Source: a virus (taxonomy: Duplodnaviria; Caudoviricetes). From it: a stretch of DNA of 32,524 nucleotides. How positions within the stretch are numbered: the stretch's first letter is position 1; every line of letters starts with the position of its first letter. Of this stretch, positions 1-11,400 are shown piece by piece. The position numbers and the translations under genes were made by a program. The notes below the pieces were generated by a model. That model saw only the letters and a list, made by a program, of their open reading frames with translations, had not been told where the DNA came from and made no database searches. The stretch is from IMG/VR virus record IMGVR_UViG_3300049491_000113, positions 1 to 32,524 of that record; one strand, written 5' to 3'.

Positions 1-114
1 AATTTCTATTTGAACAGTTTCAACTAATCCGTTTTCATATTGATAAGAGATAGCAAGCCATAATTGGCCTGCTTCATCTTTAAAATAACACTCACCTGTT
101 TTTACTTTACTCAT
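1..114 (-). CDS. Small hypothetical protein, 3'-truncated by the window edge (MSKVKTGECYFKDEAGQLWLAISYQYENGLVETVQIEI...)
   Basis: Manual translation: ATG at 114, 2 nt after the stop of the 807-aa gene, and open to the window end. Confidence 0.6.
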   Translation of the reverse strand, partial: MSKVKTGECYFKDEAGQLWLAISYQYENGLVETVQIEI

Positions 115-116
115 AT

Positions 117-2540
117 TTAGTACGCCTTTATTTGAACATAACCAGCAGTTACACCAACACCTGCTGTCGTTACAATAGCACGTGCAAATTTAGGTGATAT
201 ATTAGCGACTGTTGCTAAAACTGTACTACTTGCCACAGCAAGTAATGGTGAGCCTACGTTCACATAGTTAGTCCCATCTTCTGAGACTTGCAATTGAAGT
301 TGCGGAGCAGTCGTAGTAATTGCACCCACATTTATTGTAAGTTGTAAGTTATCAGCACCTTCTGCAAATAAAGCAGCCGTGGTAGAATTTAGAGTTGTGA
401 GTGTCACTGATCGATCAAATATTTGTCTGTGAACATTTACACCTGTAGTAGACATTTGATTTCTATTTGCAGAGCGCGTGAATGAAGGTGATGTTCCACT
501 TAAAGTAGCTGTGTAACGAATTTTATTACCCATTAAAGTCATGATCGGTGAGCGTTGAATACCAACTGCAGTAAATCTAGGAAATTGGTAAACAGGTAAC
601 CAATTCGTCCCGTCATCCAGAGATTCCTCGACGGTTACATCCATCGTTGGCGTAGTTCCAGATACTGCGGTCACGTTAAAATTAATTGCGTAATTAGCCC
701 CTGCTGTCACTGTTATCGCAGGAGTGGACCCCGATGATGTAATCGCTGCACTTAAATCTGCAATTACAACTGGTGGTGATATTTGAGCGGCACCGACAGT
801 AGTAATATTAGGAGCATTTGCAATCGTAACAGGTAAAGCTTTTACTAAATCAACAGCACCATTTTGATTTGATAATTCAGCGACTAAACGTGTGTATTCG
901 ATTTCAGAAATAAAATGGATTCTCAAATCTGTTCTTCTCAGTAAACAGCCACCACAGTTAATTGATCCGAAATCTGCACCAACAGATTCAAATTGTAAAG
1001 TAGATCCACTGACTCTTAATAGTTTGTAAATACCGTCATATAGTCCCATGGAAGTCGCATCACATCCATGTATGTTATAGTTTTCACCAACAATTGGCAC
1101 AAATGTATTATAAGCACTATTGACTACTACACTTAATACATTTGAAGTTCTAGAGATTGATTGTATTGATCTACTCGCTGTCGTTGTCCCCGTACCTGGC
1201 ATTGGTAAATTGCCGTTCATTAACGCGACAAAACCGCCGTTGCTTGTTGCTGTTACAGCAGATCCTAAAACTAAAGTAAAGTTTGTAGCATCAATAACAC
1301 TTGCCACTACAGTAGTAGCAGCATTTACAAAATTCGTTTGATCACGAACACCAAAAATTTGCACGTATGAGCTAGTTGTTAAATTGTGTGGAACGTCTGT
1401 AGTAACTGTTGCAGTCGTTGTCCCAGATTTAGAGATAGAAACAATTCTAGCAATAGGTCTTGTTAAATTGCTGTTGTTTTTTGCCTTAATTCTAATTTTG
1501 TATTCGTTTTCTTCATCTGGAATACCTTGGGTAAATCGTAAATTTGCAATCGCAGCACTGTTAGAATCTTGCACTCTTGAAACTAAAACTGATTCTTCTT
1601 GATTAAAAATGAACTCACTTCTAGAAGCTGCATGAAACGCATCTGAATAAGCTGAAGTAGTTCCTTGGGTAGCTACTGTTGTTCCCACAGTTTGAGCTTG
1701 TAGCAAACGAGTGTTTTGACCATTTCTTCTTACAGCAAATGTAGCTTGAGTATCAGTGGCTGATTCATAAATTAGACCACTTGCATTTTTTGCATATTCA
1801 AAAGCGTCAACCCACTCGCAAGATCCACCAGCTGTATAAGTAGCACTTGCAATAGTTAAAGGGATCGTAATTTGTGTCGGTGAAATTACAGTAACTAAAA
1901 CAGGTCCAACATTCATTCTTGTGTCAGTGTTGTTTTTTAATAAAATTCTATCTCCACCTTTGTACGGATGAGCCGTAGCAAAATCTATTGTTGCCACGTT
2001 TGATGCAACAGTGATAGATCCAGAAATTAGCATATCGGGAATAGTAGACAAACTTTCAACAACACCTGAGCTGTTGACACCTACAATTGATATTTCAAAT
2101 TCTTGTCCTAAATTTCTTTGAGACAAAGAGTGGCCTACCATAAATCTCATTGGATATTTAAAAGATTTTACAGTTTCGATTACATACTCTGATCCCGCAG
2201 TTAATGGGCACAAAGAAATATTCATGTAACTAGAACCTGCTGCATTGCCTCGGCGGCCTCTAAATGTCCCACCTTGATTTGTAAATGCTTCAGTCCAAAG
2301 TGCAGAATCAGGACCTGCATTTTCAGCAATCGATGCAAATCCATCTCTGAATTTTTTAACAGCATTACCTACAGCTAACGCTCCGTTTTCAGTGGCCAAA
2401 GCTGTTGAGCTACTGCCGTCTGATTTAATTAATTGCTGAACAACATCTAAACCGAATTTAGTGCCTGCTACCGTACCTGTAACATATTGGGAATGGTATA
2501 AGTTATCATCTTTTATTTCTCTTGCTTTAGTGTCTGACAT
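117..2540 (-). CDS. Large beta-rich virion/tail appendage protein (putative tail fibre/spike or receptor-binding protein)
   Basis: 807 aa, Thr/Ser/Val/Gly rich; three repeats resembling the E1-FCCH-like beta module (e.g. SISKSGTTTATVTTDVPHNL); two similar C-terminal modules (EESLDDGTNW / QVSEDGTNY); strong SD AAGGAG; located in the tail module. Confidence 0.6.
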   Translation of the reverse strand: MSDTKAREIKDDNLYHSQYVTGTVAGTKFGLDVVQQLIKSDGSSSTALATENGALAVGNAVKKFRDGFASIAENAGPDSALWTEAFTNQGGTFRGRRGNAAGSSYMNISLCPLTAGSEYVIETVKSFKYPMRFMVGHSLSQRNLGQEFEISIVGVNSSGVVESLSTIPDMLISGSITVASNVATIDFATAHPYKGGDRILLKNNTDTRMNVGPVLVTVISPTQITIPLTIASATYTAGGSCEWVDAFEYAKNASGLIYESATDTQATFAVRRNGQNTRLLQAQTVGTTVATQGTTSAYSDAFHAASRSEFIFNQEESVLVSRVQDSNSAAIANLRFTQGIPDEENEYKIRIKAKNNSNLTRPIARIVSISKSGTTTATVTTDVPHNLTTSSYVQIFGVRDQTNFVNAATTVVASVIDATNFTLVLGSAVTATSNGGFVALMNGNLPMPGTGTTTASRSIQSISRTSNVLSVVVNSAYNTFVPIVGENYNIHGCDATSMGLYDGIYKLLRVSGSTLQFESVGADFGSINCGGCLLRRTDLRIHFISEIEYTRLVAELSNQNGAVDLVKALPVTIANAPNITTVGAAQISPPVVIADLSAAITSSGSTPAITVTAGANYAINFNVTAVSGTTPTMDVTVEESLDDGTNWLPVYQFPRFTAVGIQRSPIMTLMGNKIRYTATLSGTSPSFTRSANRNQMSTTGVNVHRQIFDRSVTLTTLNSTTAALFAEGADNLQLTINVGAITTTAPQLQLQVSEDGTNYVNVGSPLLAVASSTVLATVANISPKFARAIVTTAGVGVTAGYVQIKAY

Positions 2541-2555
2541 TTAATTCTCCTTTAA

Positions 2556-2804
2556 TTATTTATTATTAATTCCTAGAGCACCCTCAATACGTGCAAGTGC
2601 TTCTCTAACTGCAGCCAACTGTTGAACTAACTTTGAATCAAGCTGTTCATGTTTAATTTCTAGAGCGTCGGTTTGTTTTTCAACACGCTCGATAGCTTTT
2701 TCGTTTGCTGTATGCTTGCCCTCAAGTCTCACAAGCCAAACTACAAGGCCGATAATTGCAGAGATCAAAGGCCAGTTTGTGTTAAAAAATATAATTACAT
2801 CCAT
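2556..2804 (-). CDS. Holin-like small membrane protein
   Basis: 82 aa; one N-terminal TM segment (WPLISAIIGLVVWLV) followed by a coiled coil; SD AAGGA. Confidence 0.5.
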   Translation of the reverse strand: MDVIIFFNTNWPLISAIIGLVVWLVRLEGKHTANEKAIERVEKQTDALEIKHEQLDSKLVQQLAAVREALARIEGALGINNK

Positions 2805-2816
2805 GTATTAAATCCT

Positions 2817-3251
2817 TTATTCTTTTGTTAAATATTCGCTAATCTTTTGCATAAAATACTGTTTTAAATCTGCTGGCAAATCTTGAGAAAGATTCAACCC
2901 CTGATAAGCAAATCCTAAAGATCCCTCGCTCACAAAATCTTTAATCGGAGCTAATGATTTTTTTAAGACTAAAACTTGATCTGGCGAATAAGCACCACTT
3001 TCTAATTTTTCTTTATTGATTGTTGCTAGTTCAGCCATTAAAACTTGGCCGAACTGAATGCGCTTAAGGTATTTCTCAATGTTCTTTTGCTTTAAAAGTT
3101 CTGCGCTAATGTCTGACTCGACTACATCAAAGATCGAATCATCATACATGAATGGATATTCTTGCTTGTGAGCTTCAAGTAAAGATTCATTTTCAAACAA
3201 GGACTCTTGCTTTGAAGCATCTAATTTATTTGTGTAAACTACTTTAATCAT
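2817..3251 (-). CDS. Hypothetical protein, possible tail fibre assembly/chaperone
   Basis: 144 aa, helical; ATGA overlap with the upstream fibre-like gene. Confidence 0.45.
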   Translation of the reverse strand: MIKVVYTNKLDASKQESLFENESLLEAHKQEYPFMYDDSIFDVVESDISAELLKQKNIEKYLKRIQFGQVLMAELATINKEKLESGAYSPDQVLVLKKSLAPIKDFVSEGSLGFAYQGLNLSQDLPADLKQYFMQKISEYLTKE

Positions 3252-4447
3252 CTTGGTCCTTTACAAATTACGTTAAACGCCCCGTCTGCGGGTGATCCTG
3301 TATTAAACGCTGTAATTGTAATCCTAATCGTCGTATCAACACTTGCAGTCGCAAAGATTGTGCCGCCACCATTCCATGTCGCTGTACAAACTGGGACTTG
3401 TGAAAACAATCCGGCTATCAAATTAATATAATAGTTACCTGTAGAATTTCGCGTGACTGATACAGTTCCACCAGAGTCTGACCAAATTACACAAGGTGAT
3501 GACGTGCAAGACGTGAATCTTGTGCCAGCCCCGCCAAATAAAACTCTGTAAGTTCTCTCCATTTTGTCAGCATCTAAAAACTGCCAGTTAGATCCATCGC
3601 TTATAAGTGAGAGTGTTTCATTCCTTAAAACATTTGTTGCAGACGTGACTCCACCAATTAATTGACTTGGCACTGTTGTAGTAACACTGACTAGAGATGT
3701 ACTAGACGTTGATACGTTTGTGATAAATACAGTTTTACCTATATTACTGACTGCGGTAGGCATCGAGACCACTAAACTTGTACCTGATACAGATATGTAA
3801 TCTCCGACTACAGCAGTATATGATGTAGTGGGCGCCTGATATCTATAAGCAGTAACTGACTGGCCAGAGTAAGCCTTACCTAAATAAAGTTTATCTAATA
3901 CAAGACTCTGTGTTAAAGCAGAATTTATGGCGGTAACTCTTAAAGAAACTTGAGGTGTTGCAGCTGTTACGTTTAACTGAGAAGGGCATGGAAAAAATAA
4001 ATCTGCTGTTTTGGCCGTACCGCTTACTGCCGTCAATGTTTGAGATGCTAATGTTGTAGTTCCAGACAAAACGCTAGCGAAGTAGTTTGTCGTTGTTCCG
4101 CTTGTTGTAGTATAATCAAGTGATGCCTGACAATTTGCACCGATCAATCGAGGCATCATAGCCGTTGCACTAACAGAGAATGTTTGACCATTTGCTGTTG
4201 GCGTTATTTGAAAAGATCCAAGACCATGAAGTAATAAATTGCCTGATGTAATTCTAGCAACAGTCATTGTTGAACTAACACCTGTTGTTACATTCTTCTC
4301 AGCTCCAAAGTTTACAAGGTAGTTGTTCTCTGAAAAAATACCAGGAAAAATATCGCCTTCAACAATTCGAGCAGTTGACTGAGAATAGCAAAACGCTGGT
4401 AGAATTATAGAGATTAAAAGTATTAAATAATTAATTTTGTTTTTCAT
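3248..4447 (-). CDS. Tail fibre/adhesin-like beta protein with an N-terminal signal-peptide-like sequence
   Basis: 399 aa, Thr/Ser rich; fibre-type segments (YTAVVGDYI..., LISDGSNWQ, SVTRNSTGNYYIN); N-terminus MKNKINYLILLISIILPAFCYSQ; six Cys in the mature part. Confidence 0.55.
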   Translation of the reverse strand: MKNKINYLILLISIILPAFCYSQSTARIVEGDIFPGIFSENNYLVNFGAEKNVTTGVSSTMTVARITSGNLLLHGLGSFQITPTANGQTFSVSATAMMPRLIGANCQASLDYTTTSGTTTNYFASVLSGTTTLASQTLTAVSGTAKTADLFFPCPSQLNVTAATPQVSLRVTAINSALTQSLVLDKLYLGKAYSGQSVTAYRYQAPTTSYTAVVGDYISVSGTSLVVSMPTAVSNIGKTVFITNVSTSSTSLVSVTTTVPSQLIGGVTSATNVLRNETLSLISDGSNWQFLDADKMERTYRVLFGGAGTRFTSCTSSPCVIWSDSGGTVSVTRNSTGNYYINLIAGLFSQVPVCTATWNGGGTIFATASVDTTIRITITAFNTGSPADGAFNVICKGPR

Positions 4448-4458
4448 ACATTCCTTTG

Positions 4459-5454
4459 TTACAGCATGTTTCTAGAATCTTCGACCCATTGAGATCTAGT
4501 AGAGTTCCAAATTAAAGTAATCGCCGAACCGTCATATCCATACCAATCACCATTAATCAAAACATTGCCAACACCTCTTCTTAAGATGATGTAATTTGTT
4601 GAGCTTTGACCCTCTAGTTTTAATTCGTCACCGTTTGTAGTCCCGTTTTGAATTTGATTTGCAAGTGTACCTAGGTCTTGTTCACCTGCGCTTGATTGAA
4701 TATTTATTTTTCTTCTAGGATCAGTGCCAGTAATTTGAATAGGTGCGGCAGATGATAAGGTTAATTGAGATGAAACAACCAAAGCCCCAGCCGCAGCCCC
4801 AGCCGCAGCAACCGCACTCGCAGCTGCAGCTATGGCACTTGCATCGGCTGCATCGGCACTCGCATCGGCAGCGGCAGCACTAGCAGCAGCGGCTATAGCA
4901 TCAGCATTAGCGTTAGCAATAGCAGACGCTGTTGGCCCTATAGTAAAACCAGTTCCCCCAGGGTTTACGATAATCGTAGTGTTAGGATTATCTTCTAAAC
5001 CCGCTGGGAAATTAGGGCTAAATGTTCCGCTTGTAGTTTCAGCAAGTACCGCCGCGCGAGTAAGCTGTTCTTGTAATTGCTGTTCAACCATGACACCACG
5101 ATCAAAAGAATCTTCGTGAACCTCTGGGAAAAAATCACCCTGATTTCTAATGTCAGTAGATTGAACCAAATCTAAATTACGTTTTAATAAAATTTTAAAT
5201 CCTGTTAACAAATTACCAGTACCAGAATCAAGATAAGATCTAGGACCAATTAATTGAACAGAGCCACCTGCAGAACTACCTTCACCTGTAACATTGTAAT
5301 CAATTGAAGTTAAAACAGTTTCTGCAGACGTTGCTGTATTTAAAATAACAACGCGAATATCTGACTCTTGAAAAATTTTAAAAGTGTAATTATATACATT
5401 GGTCGAACCATTGCCTAAGTATAAATTCTTATTAACAGTTGATGCTATAGACAT
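4459..5454 (-). CDS. Tail fibre protein with T7 gp17-like N-terminal virion-anchoring domain
   Basis: N-terminal YLGNGSTNVYNYTFKIF..DIRV and ..R..DLVQSTD..NQGDFFPEVHEDSFDR..M..QQL motifs typical of podovirus fibre anchors; Ala-rich linker; lies directly after the ejection proteins. Confidence 0.8.
   Translation of the reverse strand: MSIASTVNKNLYLGNGSTNVYNYTFKIFQESDIRVVILNTATSAETVLTSIDYNVTGEGSSAGGSVQLIGPRSYLDSGTGNLLTGFKILLKRNLDLVQSTDIRNQGDFFPEVHEDSFDRGVMVEQQLQEQLTRAAVLAETTSGTFSPNFPAGLEDNPNTTIIVNPGGTGFTIGPTASAIANANADAIAAAASAAAADASADAADASAIAAAASAVAAAGAAAGALVVSSQLTLSSAAPIQITGTDPRRKINIQSSAGEQDLGTLANQIQNGTTNGDELKLEGQSSTNYIILRRGVGNVLINGDWYGYDGSAITLIWNSTRSQWVEDSRNML
4783..4930. repeat. GC-rich low-complexity GCA/GCT repeats encoding the Ala-rich linker of the tail fibre
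   Basis: Imperfect gcagc/gcatcggc repeats; translation ADAIAAAASAAAADASADAADASAIAAAASAVAAAGAAAGA. Confidence 0.8.
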
Positions 5455-5480
5455 TTCGCCCCCATTTTTTATTTAAGTAT

Positions 5481-8400
5481 CTATTTGCCAGGTTGTCCAG
5501 AAACTAAACCTCTCGCAAAATCGACCGGCCCAGATGGTCTAGCTTTGCCACTTTCTACATCCATTAAATAACCAAGGGGTTTACCTAGTGGAGCGATAGG
5601 TAAATTAGATGCAATGCCAGTTAACATAAGAACGTCTTTTAATACTTTCTTTTCATTAACTTGATCTTTTGTTAAACCCTTATAAATCTGGTTTGGAACG
5701 CCAGCAACACCCTCTAATACCGAAAGCACTGGTGACAAACTTAAGCGATCATCAAACGGCTGATCTGTGAATTTTCCAACAACAGTATTTAATAATGGCC
5801 CAACCATCGGCGTCGTAGCCGTGGCAGTTCTAAACTGTGACCCAAAGAAACTATCAAGCCATGTCATCATTAGTTCTTCATCGTCACCTTCGCCAAACTC
5901 GCCGCGCATGCCCTTAACAATAATGTCTGAGATTACAGCTGGTAACATAAACGCAGTTAAATAAAGGTAAAACATTTTTGACGCGCCTTTTTTAAGGCCA
6001 ACTGTTTTTCTAATCTTTTGAACTTCAGAGCTGTTAAGATTGGCAAGCATGTTAAAATAGCCTGCGAACTGAGTAAACAATCTGTATGTCGGTGAACCTA
6101 CTTCAAACGCTGAGATGTCTTCTGCCAATACAGAACCTTGCGTTGTTCTAATTGCCCTGTCTGCAGCCTTTACAGCTTGAGATTCAGTCATGCCATCAGC
6201 GATAGCTTCGTTATATGCGCCAGTCCAGACGATTGTATTTACAATATTCTGAGTCGCAGTTTGTAAAAAATAAGTATGCTCTTTTGCAAAATTACGTACA
6301 TTTTCAAACACAGTAGGGTTTGTCGTTATCTCTTCAATTCTTTGCATTGATTCAAACAACTTATTGCCTTGCGTCGATCGCATGTAGTCAGACTTATCAA
6401 GCATATTCTCAACAGAACCCTTAACGTCTTTCATATACATTACCGTACTTGCTAATAAGTGCTTTGGCTTAACTTTGCTGGAGGCCACAATCGTACCAGT
6501 AAATTGCTGTAAAGCATTTGAAACGTTACCAACCATGATTTGCATAGCAACCGCTGATCTTAAATAACTAGCTACAGAATCAATAACTTTAAAATAACCA
6601 GTCGATGGCACAACAACCTGCTGACTTGCAGATCTTTGTAACCAAGGAATTAAAACATCAGAGCCTACGTTTGGATCAACCTTAGATAAGATTGCACGAA
6701 ACTCTTTATTGTAAACTAATTTAGCAACTTCTTTAACTCGCGGTTCAATGTAGGTAAATCTTAACGAACTATCGATATGCCCAGCAAGTAAGTTTAAATC
6801 TAAACTTAAAGGTGCCGCATATGCATCTATACGTGACTTAGTAAATCCCTTGCCCGTTGTAGGGTACAAGAACGACATACCAAGCCCACCCTCTTCAAAC
6901 TCATTACGCTCTTGTCTGATCTTTGCATCTTCATTTTCATAAGTGTCAACTTTGGCTGGGATGTAGCCACCTTTGTACTCACCAAACGGGGTAAAAATAG
7001 GCTTAGCTGTAATCTCATTAAAGTAATATCCAAACATATCCTTGTGCGCTTTTTGAGATTCAGGCTTTAATGACTCCATTAAATCCCAAATTTCTTGCAC
7101 GTAGTCCATGTCAGCTTTAACAATTACACCAGACTTGATTAATCGACTAAGCATTGCATCAAAATCTGTAGAATTTAAAGTGCCATCCTCATTGATAGAA
7201 CCCCAACCGCGCCCGCGAAGTAACTTTGATTTATTTGATTCATTGCCTGAGTGAAGCAAAGCCATTAACAGTTCGCCCTTATTTCTAAACTGAAAGCCAA
7301 TCTCATCAGCATCAATTTTATCTTGCGTGAAAATATCTTTGTATCTTTCGTTAATTTGTTTGTACTTTTTTATGACCTCTTCTTTTTTTAGACGATACTT
7401 TGCAACCGCCTCAGATATAGGGTTAAAAATGTACTTCTTAAAAGGACCTTGAGCCATGCCCAGATCCATAACATCAGCCCAAAACTCAACACGTTTTAAC
7501 GCTGCAGCTGATGATGCTAATCGTGATTTGAATTTGTCATACTTATCTGCAGTTTTTTTATACTTATCGCCGCCACCTGATTGATCTAATTTTAAAGCCT
7601 GCTCTATTAATTCTTGCTTAATAGATTCAAACTCTACTTTTTTACCATCGATCTCAGATTTCTTTTCAATTTTTGCAAGCTCTGTTAAGGCATCAACTGC
7701 AGTCTTCATCTCCATAAAATCTTCAAAGCTTGCCTGCTCGTAAGGGCCAGCACCCTCAAGTGCATCACCAATTAGATTCTGAATAACTGCATGTTTTTCT
7801 GGTGCGTATTTTTTTAGGTTGTTTAAATAATCTGTAGGTAATGACTCATCTTTACCTATACCAAACTTAGCAAGTACAGCCTTAGCTGCATTTACTAAAT
7901 CAATATCTCTAGTTTTTGCCATATCTTCAGCAGACTTTTCTAGCTTCTTAAATTTGCGAAGAGATTTTTCAACAGTATCATTAGCATCTTTTGCAGCAAG
8001 AGCTAACTCATGGTTTAAATACTCTTTGTATTTATATTCAGCAGCTTTAGATATATCACCCTTAGCTAGTGCCTCACCAGCTAGTCGTGCATTTTTAACC
8101 ATTGCTCTAGTGTATAAGTATGGCTTAATAGCATTTACTTTAATCTCGCCAATCATTGTTCTTGCAAGCTGTTTAATTTCAGCTTTAGGCGGTACACGTC
8201 TGACTGTTTTCTTAACAGCAGTTTTAAACTCTTTTGATTTTAAAATGTTATCTAATTCTAATCTTAGCAGATCTTCACGTTTTACATTGTGAAGTGACTC
8301 CATTGCTATTGATTTAACATCAAGACCAACATCTTCGAACTCTTGCTTAGCAGCTTCAGTCCCGCGCTCGCGAGCTTCTGTTTCTAAGTCTTTTGTATTG

Positions 8401-11400
8401 TTTAATTCAAAAATAAAATCTTCTGTATTTCTAAAACCAAACATCTCTGCAACAACTTGAACCGGCATACCTTCAGTTTTAGACGTGTACTTAGAGTTTA
8501 AGCCTGGCGCAGTAGAACGTAGAATTTTAACGCTATCTTTTAAACCATCAATGGCTTTATAAATTGGATTGTCTTTTAAAAATTCTTTATATTCTTCTGT
8601 GTACTTATTAACTAAATCTTTAAATTCTTTTCTCTTTTGAGCTTCAGCTTGTGCTTCAAGCTTAGAGTACATCTTAGCTTCAGCTGCTAAAATCCAATCT
8701 TCATTGGCAGTTAATAGAGCTTCTATTTCTTCAGAAATATAACCCAGTGTTTTCATTATATCAGGCGTAAGCGTTGTCTTCATATCTAACGCTTGACGGG
8801 CCTCTTCAATCTCAGCATCTGTTGCTAAAATTCTATCAAATACGCCGCGTATTTCTGGCGTAAGTTCTACTTTTAACATCTGAGCAAACGGGTAAATTTT
8901 AGTAAGCCATTTCTTAAACGAGTTAAAAGCTTTCTTCAAAGATAAGCTAGGAGCATTGCCTTCGCGCAAGTAAGCCTCAAAACCACGTGCAAATTTCTCA
9001 TGCTGCTCGACTTCGATTTTATCAGTCGATTCAACTCCTAAGAATTTTAATATTTCAGCAAAGTCTTTTTTAATGTTTTCATTGGCATCAGACCTAGCTG
9101 ACTCTTGCATTAATACATCTAAGAAGTAATGCGCAGACTCATGTAAAAATGTAGACTTGTTTTTTTGAGCGAATAATTTAATTAAACGTTCTTTAGGATT
9201 ATATGAGCCACGGTACTCGCCGGTGCCTTGATATAATTCAAAACCTTGGTTTATGGCTGCATCTTTTAGTTCTTGAGTTATGTCTATTGTGTGGACTGTA
9301 TCAGTTTTTTTTGCAAGCTCCATTTTTCCACCCATAGCCTCAGCGCCAGATGGATTACCAAAAATTTGCATTGCTTCGTTGTATGGATAGCCGTTTTTAT
9401 CCATAGCGTTTAAAACTAGCTTTAATGATTTTTTAACAGAAGCTGTAATATTTGTTTTTAATTTTTTTCTAATATCATCAGTGGTAAATTCTGGGCCAAA
9501 ATAATCAAACCTGTCTTGCGCAATAATATTAACCTTACCCTCAACAACCTTAACGCCAAACTTCTTAAATAACTTGCTAGCGGAGTTTACAAGGATTTTA
9601 TCATAGAACCCGCGCATACCCTCGCCGCCAATATTAAAATCAGTGCCCTCAAGTGTAGCCACACCTTCAGTCGTATCAGCTGAGTGGACTAATTGATCAC
9701 CTAGAGATTTACCAACAAGGTCAAAAACTCTGGCTTTGGTAATATTTTTTTCTGTCGTTACAGTAGACCCATTATTTTCTGCAATTAAATCATAAGTATC
9801 ATCTTCGTTTTTCTTAACAAAAAATTTATCTACTTTTTCAAGTAATGCATTCTTATACCTGTCAGCTTGTTGGTCTCCGGTAGTCCAAGACACTCTGTCG
9901 TAGCCATTTTCCACAGCCATTTGCACAATTCGTTTTAGAGCGAACTCATGCCATGTTTTTTTAAATGGAGCGTTATGGACAGACCCAGTATTTACTCGCA
10001 ACTCTTTTTCAATCTCGCCAACCCTTTTATCTATTTCTTCAATTCTTGGATTAATAGGATATTTTACTTTAAACTCTTCATCTGTTAAATTAAAAAGATC
10101 ACTAGTAAATTCATCAGCAGATGACGATGTCAAAGAAGGATCTTTGAATATCTCTTCTCTTTCATCTCGTAATTTTTTTGCCTCTGCAACCAAAGCAAAC
10201 TCATCAAATTTATACCCTTTATCCCTACCAGCCTGATGCCAGTCAGATTGAATTTCCTCGACGAATAAAACTTTTTTACCATCGGCATCTATGCGATCCG
10301 TTAATCGTGTATGCGCTAAAATATTTGGTTGGTCAAAGTGTGATGATTTGTATTTTGTTTCATCGTAACCAACATTTCTATTTCTAAGATCTTGATATTC
10401 TGCCTGCTCAGCTTCAGTTAATTTTCTTTCTCTTTGAAGCATTGCAAGTTCATCACGCCTAGCCCCTTCGTTTTTGCTAGGAAACGTAAACAAAACCTCA
10501 CGGTAATTTTCGCCGCCTGGTAAAACGTATTGAGAGAATTTAGTTGGAGGTGTTAATTCACCAGCAGGTACACCATCATCAATTATGCCGTCTTCAATAT
10601 TTACAAAATCTTGCGCAGGCTGATCTTTTAGCACAACCTCTTGAACCTGCAAATTATTACCACGCACAAACGCAAGCAAATCTTCTTTGCTTACTTTTTT
10701 CTTACCTTTTAAAAATTCTTTTAATCCAGAAAATTCTAGTTCCTCAGCTTTGACGTCCTTTAACGTACCTAAGATCTGTTCGCCAGACGCATTAGCTGGA
10801 ACTTTATCAATAACTGTTTGTTCAAGCTTAGAATAAAATCCTAAATCAGAGCGCTCTGCTCCTGGTAGTTTTGTTGCTTGAAAATAAATTTTTGGATTAT
10901 TTAAATCAAAAGATCCATTATTGTTTACGGATTTAATTTGATTAGGTTCAAATGCAACAATTTCTTGAATCCACTCATCCGCTAGCTGACCACTTTGCGA
11001 ATCAAAATCTTGATTTTTAACAATTACGCCATCATAACCAAGAGATTTTAATTTCTCTGTAAACGCTGCAGGATCTGAAGGACCAGAAAATTTATTCTTA
11101 TAAACAACGTAAGGATTTTGTAAAGACAAATACACTGGATATATTTGTGGGTTAAATTCTCCACCAGTATTTTGATCTCTGTACGAATACATCTCTGCGT
11201 AAAAATTAGCATCAGATTGTTGTGGTGAAAAATAATAACCCTCACCATAATAACCACGATCGTTTAACTGCTTAAATTTAAACTCTGAAAATTCTTTGCC
11301 TGATCCGTGATAAACAACTAATGGCTTACCTGAATCGTCAACAACTTTAGAATTTCCAAAGAATTTTTTAAACTCTGGTGTATTAATATCAGCAGGACTC

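Noticed and set aside
4832-5119. + strand Ala-rich 95-aa ORF
   Set aside because: Antisense shadow of the Ala-codon repeats in the tail fibre
1-5454. Diversity-generating retroelement as in BPP-1
   Set aside because: No reverse transcriptase and no TR/VR pair differing at adenines was seen in this window; it could lie outside
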